Positions 21,454-30,937 of a stretch of 64,000 bases of DNA are shown in pieces. The translations under genes and the position numbers were made by a program. The notes beneath the pieces were generated by a model. The model was not told the origin of the DNA, ran no database searches, and worked only from the letters and a program-made list of their open reading frames with translations. This DNA is from a virus. Every line of letters begins with the position of its first letter. The stretch's first letter is position 1. Location: positions 17,199-81,198 of the IMG/VR virus record IMGVR_UViG_3300008448_000038, one strand, 5' to 3'.

Positions 21454-22862
21454 ACATAGTTAACTACGGACAAACTTCTACACCAAGCGATTTTAAAGTT
21501 CTCGCTTTTGTTACTCCATTAACGCAGAGTGTTTTGTCTGGTATTACCACTTCCAGCCTTGGATCTGATCAGTTAACTTATGTAGAATCTTTAGATGATT
21601 TTGTCAATACGCTATTTGGTTATACTGCCATAACATTTCGATCTGGTCCCGATTCTGATGACATTAAAAGAGCAGATGTAGAATTACACGGAATCATGAC
21701 GATGTTGGAATATGGGGCATCAGTATATGTCATGAATACTACTGGTCTGACGGTATCGGGTGCATATACATCAAAAAATATTCAAAGTGTTGTTAATTCT
21801 ACGGGTGCTGGGTGCATTGTTAATAATATTTTTAACGGACTTACTGGTTCTGGGTTTACTGGAATTCAAGATACTCCAATAATCATTCAAAACACAGAAT
21901 TTGAAAAAAACTTATTAAATTATTTTATTCTTGAAGTAAAAGAAGAAGGAAATACAGCAGGAACGCCTTTTACATTTAATGGTCAACTTGGTGAAATCTA
22001 TTCAAATTTTGAAGATGATATTGCTCCCGCTGATGTATTTACTGAGGAATTCCCAACATTAGGAATTTTTGCATATGACAATTTCTCATCAAGTGTTTAT
22101 GGTACTTCAGAATATAATAATTTTATTGTTTCAAATGGAAAACTAATCGATCAAAATATTATAGAGCTTTTGGGTGTAAAGATAAGAAATCGATGCATCA
22201 ATCCAGAATCAGATCCAGAAGCTACAAGTGAACTTTGGACTAAAATTCCAGTTCCTATGATTTATGATCTAGCAGGGCAATTTGCTAGATTGAAATTGGC
22301 TGGCACTCCGTGGGGAAGCACATCAAACTTTTTAATCGGTCCATTGCTTAATATTGTACAAGAGGATACTGAATATGTCTTGCCATTTTCTGAAAGTAAT
22401 TCGGTAGCTGAATTTAAAAATACTATAACAGGACTTATCAATAATAGAATAAATTATGCAACATTCTATAGTTTTGATGGCATTTATGGTTGCTATTTCT
22501 TAAGCGATCTAACTTGTGAATCTCAAACCGATAATTCAGCACCATTTACTTTAGCTCTCAGCGAAAAGAGTGTTTATTTTGTTAATATAACTAAATTTAT
22601 TAAGACTCAAATAACTTCAATTTGTGAAAATTATGTGTTTGAGCTTAACAATGAAGTTACTCGGTTACAGCTAACCTCCGAAATACTTACATTTATGAAT
22701 GGTCTGTTGTCTAATGGGGCTATTAATTCATTCAATGTAGTGGCTGATGATACCAATAACACTCCGGTAGATCGCATAAATAGAAGGTTGAAGGTAGATG
22801 TAGCCTATACAACCAATCCAACTAATGATTTTGTGGAGCAATCAATAATTATCATACCTTAA
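21450..22862 (+). CDS. gp18: Tail sheath paralog 3 (divergent, 470 aa)
   Basis: ELHGIMTMLEYGA, DLAGQFAR, NNRINY, YVFELNNEVTR, VVADDTNNTP. Confidence 0.75.
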   Translation: MNIVNYGQTSTPSDFKVLAFVTPLTQSVLSGITTSSLGSDQLTYVESLDDFVNTLFGYTAITFRSGPDSDDIKRADVELHGIMTMLEYGASVYVMNTTGLTVSGAYTSKNIQSVVNSTGAGCIVNNIFNGLTGSGFTGIQDTPIIIQNTEFEKNLLNYFILEVKEEGNTAGTPFTFNGQLGEIYSNFEDDIAPADVFTEEFPTLGIFAYDNFSSSVYGTSEYNNFIVSNGKLIDQNIIELLGVKIRNRCINPESDPEATSELWTKIPVPMIYDLAGQFARLKLAGTPWGSTSNFLIGPLLNIVQEDTEYVLPFSESNSVAEFKNTITGLINNRINYATFYSFDGIYGCYFLSDLTCESQTDNSAPFTLALSEKSVYFVNITKFIKTQITSICENYVFELNNEVTRLQLTSEILTFMNGLLSNGAINSFNVVADDTNNTPVDRINRRLKVDVAYTTNPTNDFVEQSIIIIP

Positions 22863-22889
22863 AATACATAGATAATAGGGTAGAAAACG

Positions 22890-23426
22890 ATGAGCAACGC
22901 AAATTCACTAAGTTATTTCAAACAAAAATTCAACGGTGGCACTCGCCAAAACCGATTTGAGGTTGAAGGTAATTGGCCTAGCATCATTACCGAGAATCCT
23001 CAAACTTGCTTTCATGTAGTATCTGCCAGTATGCCTCAATCAGATGTTGGCATCATTCAAATTCCTTATAGAGGAAGAGTTTTAAATCTTGCTGGGGATA
23101 GAGAATATGAAGCATGGAATTTGGTCGTTTATGACGATACCGGAACAAATTCTTTGTGGAAAGCATTTACAAGTTGGTCAAATAGAATTAATAAAATTTT
23201 AGGAAATGTTACGGATAGTAACAATCTTAACTTTGTAAAAACAAAAACTAACTGGAAGGTTAGACAATTAAATACAACCAATAATGGCACTCTTCGTGAA
23301 TTGGAGCTACTTGGTTGTTGGCCAGCATCTGTAGGTGCTTTGAATTTTAATGCTTCAAATGTTAATCCTGTTGTTTTTAATGTAACAATGAATTACGATC
23401 AATTTAGGATAACAAAATACTCATGA
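22890..23426 (+). CDS. gp19: Tail tube protein gp19, paralog 1
   Basis: GGTRQNRFEV, IPYRGRVLNLAGDREYEAW, GCWPASVG, FNVTMNYD. Confidence 0.9.
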   Translation: MSNANSLSYFKQKFNGGTRQNRFEVEGNWPSIITENPQTCFHVVSASMPQSDVGIIQIPYRGRVLNLAGDREYEAWNLVVYDDTGTNSLWKAFTSWSNRINKILGNVTDSNNLNFVKTKTNWKVRQLNTTNNGTLRELELLGCWPASVGALNFNASNVNPVVFNVTMNYDQFRITKYS

Positions 23427-23998
23427 GCTGCGATAGCAAAATTTCAACCTTCAGAGATGCTTTTACCTCATTCCCAAGAGGAAACAGATATTCTATTTCC
23501 GGGCAAATTCCCAATTCAAATAATGGGTGGGGAAATGATAATACTGGTGGATTCCATATTCATGCTCTAGCATTAAATGTTCCTCCAGCAAATCTTACAA
23601 CTCTTCGGTATAACTATAGAGGTAGAACTCTAAAGAATCCCGGAGATAGACTATTTCCATTCTGGAATGTCACAATTCTAGATGACACGGGGACTGATAC
23701 TGTTTGGGAAGCATTCCACAAATGGAGTAACAGTATAAACGACCATGATTCAAATCTTAGAACTACCTCTGCTTCTAGCTACGATTCTTACAAGCAGAAT
23801 GGTTGGATTGTTAAACAACTTGGGTTAAACGGCGACACAATTAAAAGCGTTACGCTTGAAGGATGTTTTCCTTACATTGTAGGCCCAATAGAACTTGATA
23901 TGAATCAAAAAAATACCGTGTGTCAATTTAGCATGGTTATAGCATACGATAGCGTGGTTGATGTGTTTACAAAAGACGGAACAATTAATATTAATTAA
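23423..23998 (+). CDS. gp19: Tail tube protein gp19, paralog 2
   Basis: RGNRY, YRGRTLKNPGDRLFPFWNVTILDD, VKQL, GCFPYIVGPIELD. Confidence 0.88.
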   Translation: MSCDSKISTFRDAFTSFPRGNRYSISGQIPNSNNGWGNDNTGGFHIHALALNVPPANLTTLRYNYRGRTLKNPGDRLFPFWNVTILDDTGTDTVWEAFHKWSNSINDHDSNLRTTSASSYDSYKQNGWIVKQLGLNGDTIKSVTLEGCFPYIVGPIELDMNQKNTVCQFSMVIAYDSVVDVFTKDGTININ

Positions 23999-24009
23999 TA
24001 GGATTTATT

Positions 24010-25551
24010 ATGGCACTATCTGATATTTTAGGTTTTAGTTTTGGTAAGAAGAAAGGCAAAGAGGTTGAAGGTGATCAGTCGATTGCTTCCCCGATGCCAC
24101 CAGAAGACTATGATGGCAGTTACCTAGTAGAGACTGGGGGTGTTTATGGCACCTACATCGACTTTACGGGCAACGCTAGAGATGATGGTGCATTCATTGC
24201 TCAGTATCGAAACATGTCTCTCTACCCTGAAGTAGATACAGCAATTGATGAAATTGTAAACGAAACAATTGTTCTTGGTACAGATCGTAAGCCAATTAAA
24301 TTACAATTAGATAAACTTAATCTTTCGGATAGCATCAAATCAAAGATGCATAAAGAGTTTGATAACTTACTGAAGATTATGGATTTCAAAGGAAAATGTT
24401 ATGAAATTTTCCGTAGATGGTATATTGATGGAAAAATTTATTATTTCCTAGAAATTGATAATGACAATCCTCAGCTAGGAATAAGAAAACTTATACCACT
24501 TGATCCAATCAAAATCAAGAAAATCAAAAATCTTAAAAAGAATCAGAAGAGAGTTGGCTCGGCCATCGTACCAATGATTCAAGAAGTTGAAGAATATTAT
24601 CTTTATACGGATACTAACAAAGATTCTTTAATATCAACTGGACCAACTGGTCTTAGATTATCAACCGATTCAATCTGCTATGCTCACTCTGGGTTAGTAG
24701 ATATGAATACAAAGAGAGTCGTTGGATACCTCCAAAAGGCTATTAGAACTATGAACATGTTGCGTCAATTAGAAGACGCAATTGTAGTGTATAGAATTTC
24801 ACGCGCACCAGAACGTCGCATTTTCTATGTTGACGTTGGGAATTTGCCAAAGCAAAAGGCAGAACAATATGTGCGTGAATTGATGAACAGATATCGCAAC
24901 AGAATGATTTACAACCAGACAACTGGTGAAATCAAAGATGATCGCAATCACATGGCCATGCTTGAAGATTACTGGATGCCAAGAAGAGAAGGGGGTAGAG
25001 GTACAGAAATCTCTACTCTTGATGGTGGCCAGAATCTAGGAGAAATGACTGATGTTGAATATTTCAAGCGCAAGCTTTATCAGTCTCTTAATATTCCAGC
25101 ATCAAGATTAGCGGGTGACAATACGTTTAACATGGGCAGATCTGCTGAGATCACCAGAGATGAAGTTAAATTCTTCAAGTTTATTGAAAGAATTCGTTTA
25201 CGCTTCTCAGTATTGTTCTTGAATCTTCTCAAAGTTCAGTTAATTCTCAAGGGAATCATTACTGTAGAAGATTGGGATGACATGTATTCCGACATTGAAT
25301 TTGAATTCAATACAGATTCATATTTCAATGATCTTAAAGATGCAGAAGTACTTGCTAGTAGACTAGACCTTGTTGCCGCTGCTGAACAATACATTGGTAA
25401 GTATTTTTCTTCAGATTATATTCGTAAGAATATTCTTAAGCAATCTGATGAAGATATTGAAGTAATAAATACTCAGATGCAGTTTGATATCTTGAAGATG
25501 CAACAAGCTGCGGCAGCTCAACAACAGCAAATGCAACAGGAGCAACAATGA
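24010..25551 (+). CDS. gp20: Portal protein gp20
   Basis: RRWYIDG, YRISRAPERRIFYVDVGNLPK, LEDYWMPRREGGRGTEI, RDEVKF. Confidence 0.98.
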   Translation: MALSDILGFSFGKKKGKEVEGDQSIASPMPPEDYDGSYLVETGGVYGTYIDFTGNARDDGAFIAQYRNMSLYPEVDTAIDEIVNETIVLGTDRKPIKLQLDKLNLSDSIKSKMHKEFDNLLKIMDFKGKCYEIFRRWYIDGKIYYFLEIDNDNPQLGIRKLIPLDPIKIKKIKNLKKNQKRVGSAIVPMIQEVEEYYLYTDTNKDSLISTGPTGLRLSTDSICYAHSGLVDMNTKRVVGYLQKAIRTMNMLRQLEDAIVVYRISRAPERRIFYVDVGNLPKQKAEQYVRELMNRYRNRMIYNQTTGEIKDDRNHMAMLEDYWMPRREGGRGTEISTLDGGQNLGEMTDVEYFKRKLYQSLNIPASRLAGDNTFNMGRSAEITRDEVKFFKFIERIRLRFSVLFLNLLKVQLILKGIITVEDWDDMYSDIEFEFNTDSYFNDLKDAEVLASRLDLVAAAEQYIGKYFSSDYIRKNILKQSDEDIEVINTQMQFDILKMQQAAAAQQQQMQQEQQ

Positions 25552-25949
25552 AACATAGACTGAAAAAGATTGTTTTTGAGTCATTAGACAAAAACAAACT
25601 TAATTTTAACATCAAAAATGAGCTTTCTTTCAGAGTTAGCCAGTTGATTAATGAAAAAATGCTTTTTGAACAAAATAAAATGCTTCAAAAATGCACTCCA
25701 AAGACCTCCACTGATTCTATGGGTAGATTCGTTTCAGTCATAAAGGAATCTTTACAGGCAAAATACCCTATAGACATTAAATTAAACAGTGGCGAAAATA
25801 TAAGTATTAGTAGCAAAGAAGGGCAAAAGTTGGCTATTTTGTTTGATAATCTAAATGAAAATAACCGTGTTAAAATGACTTCTTCGCTATTTGAAAATAG
25901 CAAAAACTACAGAAATATTTTAGATTTCAGCAAAAACATAAGGAAATAA
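25548..25949 (+). CDS. Hypothetical head-module protein
   Basis: 133-aa ORF, ATGA-coupled to the portal gene. Confidence 0.6.
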   Translation: MKHRLKKIVFESLDKNKLNFNIKNELSFRVSQLINEKMLFEQNKMLQKCTPKTSTDSMGRFVSVIKESLQAKYPIDIKLNSGENISISSKEGQKLAILFDNLNENNRVKMTSSLFENSKNYRNILDFSKNIRK

Positions 25950-25951
25950 AA

Positions 25952-26245
25952 ATGTCATCAAAGAAAGTTTTCAAACAAATCCTTGAAGAGAATGCGGTCG
26001 GTGCTAGAAACACTGTCCGCGAAATGCTTTATTCTAAGCTAAAACACAAACTAAACGAAAAGTACATCGAAGTCTCAAGAACCTATTTCAATGAAGGTAA
26101 GATGCAAGATGTCGATGGAGATGGTCAGGTCGGAAACGATACTGAAGATGCCATTGCTACCAAGTTCATGAAGATGGGAATGCCACAGGACAAAGCAGTT
26201 GCAAAGGCAAAGAGCATTACTGCTAAGAAGAAGAACAAGAAATGA
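25952..26245 (+). CDS. Small prohead core-like protein (gp67/gp68 position)
   Basis: 97 aa between portal and protease; positional inference. Confidence 0.5.
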   Translation: MSSKKVFKQILEENAVGARNTVREMLYSKLKHKLNEKYIEVSRTYFNEGKMQDVDGDGQVGNDTEDAIATKFMKMGMPQDKAVAKAKSITAKKKNKK

Positions 26246-26889
26246 AGTTAATCACCGAAACAGTTGAAAATGTTCGTGTAATTACCGAAAGTATCGATGG
26301 TAATAGTAAAAACTATTTCATCGAAGGCATTTTCATGCAAGCTGATACCAAGAATAGAAATGGTAGAACTTATCCCAAGCCTATTCTTATGAATGAGGTA
26401 AGACGTTACATCAACGAACATGTCAATAACAAGAGAGCCTTCGGTGAATTAAACCACCCAACTGGTCCTTCTGTCAATCTAGACAGAGTCTCACATCTTA
26501 TCACAGAACTCCATGAACGCGGTAATGATGTTTATGGTAAGGCTAAGATTCTTGATACTCCAACTGGAAAGATCGTAAAGAGTCTTCTAGGTGAAGGAGT
26601 TCAACTCGGGGTTTCTTCTAGAGGCATGGGTTCTCTCAAGAAGACTAAAGAAGGCGTAAATCAAGTACAAGAAGACTTCATGCTTGCCGCAGTTGACATA
26701 GTGGCAGATCCTTCTGCTCCACATGCCTTTGTCAATGGCATCATGGAAGGTAAGGAATGGGTTTGGAGCAATGGCGTTCTTAAAGAACAAACCATCTCAA
26801 ACTATAAGAAAGAAATTCTTAAGACTCCAAGTAAACAACTTCAAGAAAAGGTTCTTAAGACATTCGAACACTTTTTAAGAAATCTATGA
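26242..26889 (+). CDS. gp21: Prohead protease gp21
   Basis: MKLITE, IEGIFMQ, NRNGR, GELNHP, GVSSRGMGS, DIVADPSAP. Confidence 0.97.
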   Translation: MKLITETVENVRVITESIDGNSKNYFIEGIFMQADTKNRNGRTYPKPILMNEVRRYINEHVNNKRAFGELNHPTGPSVNLDRVSHLITELHERGNDVYGKAKILDTPTGKIVKSLLGEGVQLGVSSRGMGSLKKTKEGVNQVQEDFMLAAVDIVADPSAPHAFVNGIMEGKEWVWSNGVLKEQTISNYKKEILKTPSKQLQEKVLKTFEHFLRNL

Positions 26890-27383
26890 ACTACTTAGAA
26901 CAAACATATTTAAAGCAAATTGCTCAACTTCAGGAAGAGTTGAATGTTCTCAAGTCTCAAGAAAAGACTCTCGCAGAGCAAACTTCATTTGACTCTGAAG
27001 CTGATGTAACAAATTATGCAGAAAAAGCTTTAAACAATATGTCCCCAGAGACTTTAGTAAGAGATGCTGCCACTGCATTAATAGGATCTGCGGCAGTTAA
27101 GCAGTCATTAGGAGATATTAACCTTAAAGATATTCTTCAAAAGAATATGAAAGATTTTTTGGACGTTACTCTAGTACAAAGTCTTCGTGACGTTGGTAGT
27201 TCGTTAGCAAATACATTAGTCAATGCTGCTGGTAGAAATCCATTCCAGTTAGCAAAGGCAGTTAGCGTTACACGCTACAATCCATTTGCAATTTTTGATC
27301 CAACAGAAAGATCTGATGGAACTAAAAGAGTAAGTCCACAAACCGCTGATTCATTACTGCCATCAGCTCAAGATGCAGAATAA
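26886..27383 (+). CDS. Hypothetical protein between gp21 and gp22
   Basis: 165-aa ORF, ATGA-coupled, coiled-coil-like N-terminus. Confidence 0.6.
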   Translation: MNYLEQTYLKQIAQLQEELNVLKSQEKTLAEQTSFDSEADVTNYAEKALNNMSPETLVRDAATALIGSAAVKQSLGDINLKDILQKNMKDFLDVTLVQSLRDVGSSLANTLVNAAGRNPFQLAKAVSVTRYNPFAIFDPTERSDGTKRVSPQTADSLLPSAQDAE

Positions 27384-27389
27384 TAAATA
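27384..27389 (+). promoter_or_regulatory. Putative late promoter for gp22
   Basis: TAATAAATA followed by an AGGAG SD. Confidence 0.55.
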
Positions 27390-27403
27390 ATTTAGGAGAA
27401 AAT

Positions 27404-28450
27404 ATGAGAAATAGAAAAAAATATATCGAAGATGAAATTTTAAGCGAAGAAATGGAAGATGAAACTGAGGAAGAAGATATGGATACCGAGGACGAAACCG
27501 ATGAGTCCGAGGATGAAGATACTTCTTCTAACCCCGGCAAACAAGCAGCTGGATTCGTTGACTTTGATGTCAATGGTATGGGCAGCATGGATGCTAATGG
27601 CGGTAGAGTATTCATTCAAACCGATCCAAGAATGGATCCAAACATGGCCAAGCTTGCTCCCTACAACCAAATGACTATTGCTACCCCCAAGGTATCACCT
27701 GTTCAGATGAAGGAAGCATTTGACGCAATCTTTGCTGACGCTTCACTTTCAGAAGAAGTTGTAAACAAGCTACAGACCGTGTTTGTTGCTGCACTCAATG
27801 AAAAGGTTGAAGAGCACGCTAAGAACACCACCAAGATTCTTGCCGAGCAGTATGAGAAGAATCTTGAAATTATGGCAGGAACATTGGCTGAGAAACTTGA
27901 TGAGTATCTTGGCTATGTCGTAGAAGAATGGATGACAGAGAACAAGGTTGAAGTTGAACGCGGCATCAAGACTCAAGTTGCTGAAAACTTCATTCGTGGC
28001 CTCAAGAATCTATTCGAAGCACATTACATTGATGTTCCAGAAGAGAAGTACAACCTTGTCGATGAACTATTTGAACAAAATGATGAATTGACAAGAACCA
28101 TGAACAAGGTCATTAACGAAAACATGAACCTCAAAAAGGAAAGTGTTGCCAATAAGATCTCAAGCATCTTCCTTGAAGAATGCCATGGATTAACCGATAC
28201 ACAAGTCGAGAAACTAGGTTCGCTTGCCAAGGGCCTTGATTTCGATGGAGAAGATTCGTTTAGAGGTAAGCTACAATCGCTTAAGGAAGCTTATTTCTTC
28301 AGAAAACAAGAAGCCAGACCAGCTTCAGTAGCTCCAGTAGCTAGTCCAGTAATGGATCTACATGAGATGGTTCAGCCTTCAGCACCCACTATTGACAATG
28401 AAACCGTCGCTCAGGTGGCTAGAGCAATGAGTAGACACATTAAGAAATAA
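27404..28450 (+). CDS. gp22: Prohead scaffold protein gp22
   Basis: LDEYLGYVVEEWM, GLKNLFEAHYIDVPEEK, GLTDTQVEKL, LKEAYF. Confidence 0.93.
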   Translation: MRNRKKYIEDEILSEEMEDETEEEDMDTEDETDESEDEDTSSNPGKQAAGFVDFDVNGMGSMDANGGRVFIQTDPRMDPNMAKLAPYNQMTIATPKVSPVQMKEAFDAIFADASLSEEVVNKLQTVFVAALNEKVEEHAKNTTKILAEQYEKNLEIMAGTLAEKLDEYLGYVVEEWMTENKVEVERGIKTQVAENFIRGLKNLFEAHYIDVPEEKYNLVDELFEQNDELTRTMNKVINENMNLKKESVANKISSIFLEECHGLTDTQVEKLGSLAKGLDFDGEDSFRGKLQSLKEAYFFRKQEARPASVAPVASPVMDLHEMVQPSAPTIDNETVAQVARAMSRHIKK

Positions 28451-28463
28451 TCAGGATTTAACC

Positions 28464-28469
28464 TAAATA
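28464..28469 (+). promoter_or_regulatory. Putative late promoter for gp23
   Basis: CCTAAATA followed by an AGGAG SD. Confidence 0.55.
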
Positions 28470-28488
28470 ACACAGGAGAAAAATAAAA

Positions 28489-29883
28489 ATGTTCGAAGAC
28501 TCAACACCGTATGATATTTTAACTGAAAAGTGGAACCCCGTCCTAAATCACGACGCAGTTCCCGCTATTGAAGATGTATACAAGAAGAAAGTAACCGCAG
28601 TCCTTCTTGAGAACCAAGAAGCTGCTATGCGTCAGCAGTATCTAACCGAAACTTCAGCCAATGCAATTGGTGGTGGATTCAATCTTAACACTAATGGTGC
28701 CCCTAACACCAACCTAGCTGGTTATGACCCAATCCTCATCAGCCTTGTTCGTCGTGCTATGCCTAACCTCATGGCCTACGATATCGCTGGTGTTCAGCCC
28801 ATGACTGCTCCTACCGGACTCATTTTCGCAATGAGATCTAAGTATGACAGCCAGAGTGGAGATGAAGCTCTATTCGCTGAACCATTCGCTAAGTTCAGCG
28901 GTTCAGGTTCAACCTCAACTGGTGCTGCAACCGATCCACTTACTGGAGTCGCCCCACTAAGCTTCTCTGGAAATACTGTTTCAAAGGCTACTATCTTTGG
29001 AGAAGATTTCAAGGCGTTTAACACAAGCACCGCTGAAAATCTTGGAGTTGCTGGAACTCCATTTAAGGAAATGGCTTTTGCTATCGACCGTATTGCCGTA
29101 ACTGCCAAGACTCGCGCTCTAAAGGCAGAGTACACCACTGAGCTTGCTCAGGACCTCAAGGCTGTTCACGGACTTGACGCTGAAACCGAACTCGCCAACA
29201 TCCTCAGCACTGAAATTCTTGCTGAAATGAACCGCGAGCTTATCCGCAACATTTATCACGTTGCCAAGCTAGGCGCACAGCAGTCAGATCTTTACTATAA
29301 ATCAGCAACTCCCGGTACTGGTGGTGCATATGACCTCGCTCTCGACTCAGACGGTCGTTGGAGCGCAGAACGCTTCCGTGGCCTCATGTTCCAGATTGAA
29401 CGTGAAGCTAATGTAATCGCTAAGGATACTCGTCGCGGTAAGGGTAACTTCATCGTCTGCTCATCAGACGTTGCTTCAGCCCTCACCATGGGTGGCTTCC
29501 TCCAGTTGACCCCAGCTCCTGCTACCCAGCTTGAAGTTGACGATACCGGAAACACCTTCGCTGGTATTCTAGCTGGTAAGATGCGCGTTTACATCGACCC
29601 CTACAGCAGCGCAACCCAGAACTTCGTCTGCGTTGGCTATAGAGGCGCAAGCCCCTACGACGCTGGTCTCTTCTACTGCCCATACGTTCCACTCCAGATG
29701 GTTCGTGCAGTCGATCCTGATACCTTCCAGCCCAAGATTGGCTTCAAGACCCGCTACGGCATGGTCCAGAATCCATTCGTCCGCGACGCTGGTTCGCCAC
29801 TTGGTGCAACCATGACCGAAGGTAAGAATCAGTACTATAGACTCTTCGCAGTCACCAACCTCCACGGTAACACTGGTAACTGA
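28489..29883 (+). CDS. gp23: Major capsid protein gp23
   Basis: LISLVRRAMP, GVQPM, RALKAEYTTELAQDLKAVHGLDAE, YCPYVPL, FQPKIGFKTRYG. Confidence 0.99.
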   Translation: MFEDSTPYDILTEKWNPVLNHDAVPAIEDVYKKKVTAVLLENQEAAMRQQYLTETSANAIGGGFNLNTNGAPNTNLAGYDPILISLVRRAMPNLMAYDIAGVQPMTAPTGLIFAMRSKYDSQSGDEALFAEPFAKFSGSGSTSTGAATDPLTGVAPLSFSGNTVSKATIFGEDFKAFNTSTAENLGVAGTPFKEMAFAIDRIAVTAKTRALKAEYTTELAQDLKAVHGLDAETELANILSTEILAEMNRELIRNIYHVAKLGAQQSDLYYKSATPGTGGAYDLALDSDGRWSAERFRGLMFQIEREANVIAKDTRRGKGNFIVCSSDVASALTMGGFLQLTPAPATQLEVDDTGNTFAGILAGKMRVYIDPYSSATQNFVCVGYRGASPYDAGLFYCPYVPLQMVRAVDPDTFQPKIGFKTRYGMVQNPFVRDAGSPLGATMTEGKNQYYRLFAVTNLHGNTGN

Positions 29884-29905
29884 TAAGTTTCTATAAAAGG
29901 AAATG

Positions 29906-29937
29906 AGAAGGGAGAGGAGAAATCCTCTCCCTTTTTC
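29906..29937 (+). terminator. Rho-independent terminator after gp23
   Basis: AAGGGAGAGGA-GAAA-TCCTCTCCCTT hairpin running into a T tract. Confidence 0.85.
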
Positions 29938-29951
29938 ATTATACATACATT

Positions 29952-30473
29952 ATGGCGCAAGCTGATTATCCAGTTAATATTAGTCAACTTAATAGGAATT
30001 TTTATACCTTTAAGTTGTCTAGAATTCCTACAACAACTTTCTTTTTACAGAAAGTATCGTTGCCCGGTATTATATCTCCAAATTTTGATCAGCCAACCAC
30101 ATTAGGTGTTCCAGTAAAAAGACCACTTGGAACTTATAATTTTGCAAATCTTGATATTGAATTCATTGTAGATGAAAACATGACTAACTGGTTGGAGATT
30201 TATAGATGGATGAGAAATATTGGTAATCTTGATTCAGATTGTACTTATAATATTCCTGAAAATAAATTTACATCAACCGGAACTCTTATTATTCAGAAGA
30301 GTTCTTATACAGCAAATATTACTGCTACCTTCTTTGACATATTCCCCATATCATTAGGTGGCATTGGTTTTGATACAACCCTGCCTGCATCCGAGCCAGC
30401 AAGAGTAAGTGCTAGTTTTGCCTATACATACTACAGCTTTAATCCCGATCCGGGAAATACTACTTTAGATTGA
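29952..30473 (+). CDS. gp3: Tail completion/tube terminator gp3
   Basis: FFLQKVSLPGI, FIVDENMTNWLEIYRWM, FPISLGGI, SFAYTYY; follows gp23. Confidence 0.88.
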   Translation: MAQADYPVNISQLNRNFYTFKLSRIPTTTFFLQKVSLPGIISPNFDQPTTLGVPVKRPLGTYNFANLDIEFIVDENMTNWLEIYRWMRNIGNLDSDCTYNIPENKFTSTGTLIIQKSSYTANITATFFDIFPISLGGIGFDTTLPASEPARVSASFAYTYYSFNPDPGNTTLD

Positions 30474-30496
30474 TTTTATTTGTATTTGTGTATACT
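30470..30496 (+). promoter_or_regulatory. Sigma70-like promoter, leaderless, for uvsY
   Basis: TTGATT-N15-TATACT, then 6 nt to ATG. Confidence 0.5.
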
Positions 30497-30502
30497 TAAA
30501 TT

Positions 30503-30937
30503 ATGAATTTCGATGAACTTAAAGAACAGGTCGAAAAAGACCTCAAGATTGATATTACCGAATTGGCCCAAGAATCTGTAATAACACCACAGATTCATAA
30601 TAAGTATTTGCTCTTTTTCAAGAAATATAAAGAAGAACTTTCTATGGAAGAAAGAACCATGAAAGTATTAAGAAAATATAAATGGCTTTACTACATGGGC
30701 AAATTGAGCAGAGAAGAATTAGAAAAGCTTAAATGGGAACCATTTGAACTCAATATTCTCAAGACAGATGTAGATAAGTTCATTGAAGCTGATGATGACA
30801 TTATCAACCTTGAAGGGAAGATCGCAGAAAAGAAAGAAATGGTAAATTATCTTGATGGAGTCATTAAGATTGTAAATGGTCGCCAATGGAATATTAGATC
30901 AGCAATTGATTGGATTAAATTCACTAATGGACAATGA
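30503..30937 (+). CDS. uvsY: Recombination mediator UvsY
   Basis: DLKID..EL..ES...PQIHNKY, KWLYYMGK, LKTDVDKFIEADDD, RQWNIRSAIDWIKF. Confidence 0.92.
   Translation: MNFDELKEQVEKDLKIDITELAQESVITPQIHNKYLLFFKKYKEELSMEERTMKVLRKYKWLYYMGKLSREELEKLKWEPFELNILKTDVDKFIEADDDIINLEGKIAEKKEMVNYLDGVIKIVNGRQWNIRSAIDWIKFTNGQ

Noticed and set aside
15927-23998. Locus is an extracellular contractile injection system or tailocin
   Set aside because: Portal, terminase, protease, scaffold, capsid and replication genes are all present, so this is a complete T4-like phage.
25495-25551. Poly-Gln/Ala tail on the portal protein
   Set aside because: Low-complexity portal C-termini are common and variable; nothing here indicates a specific function.
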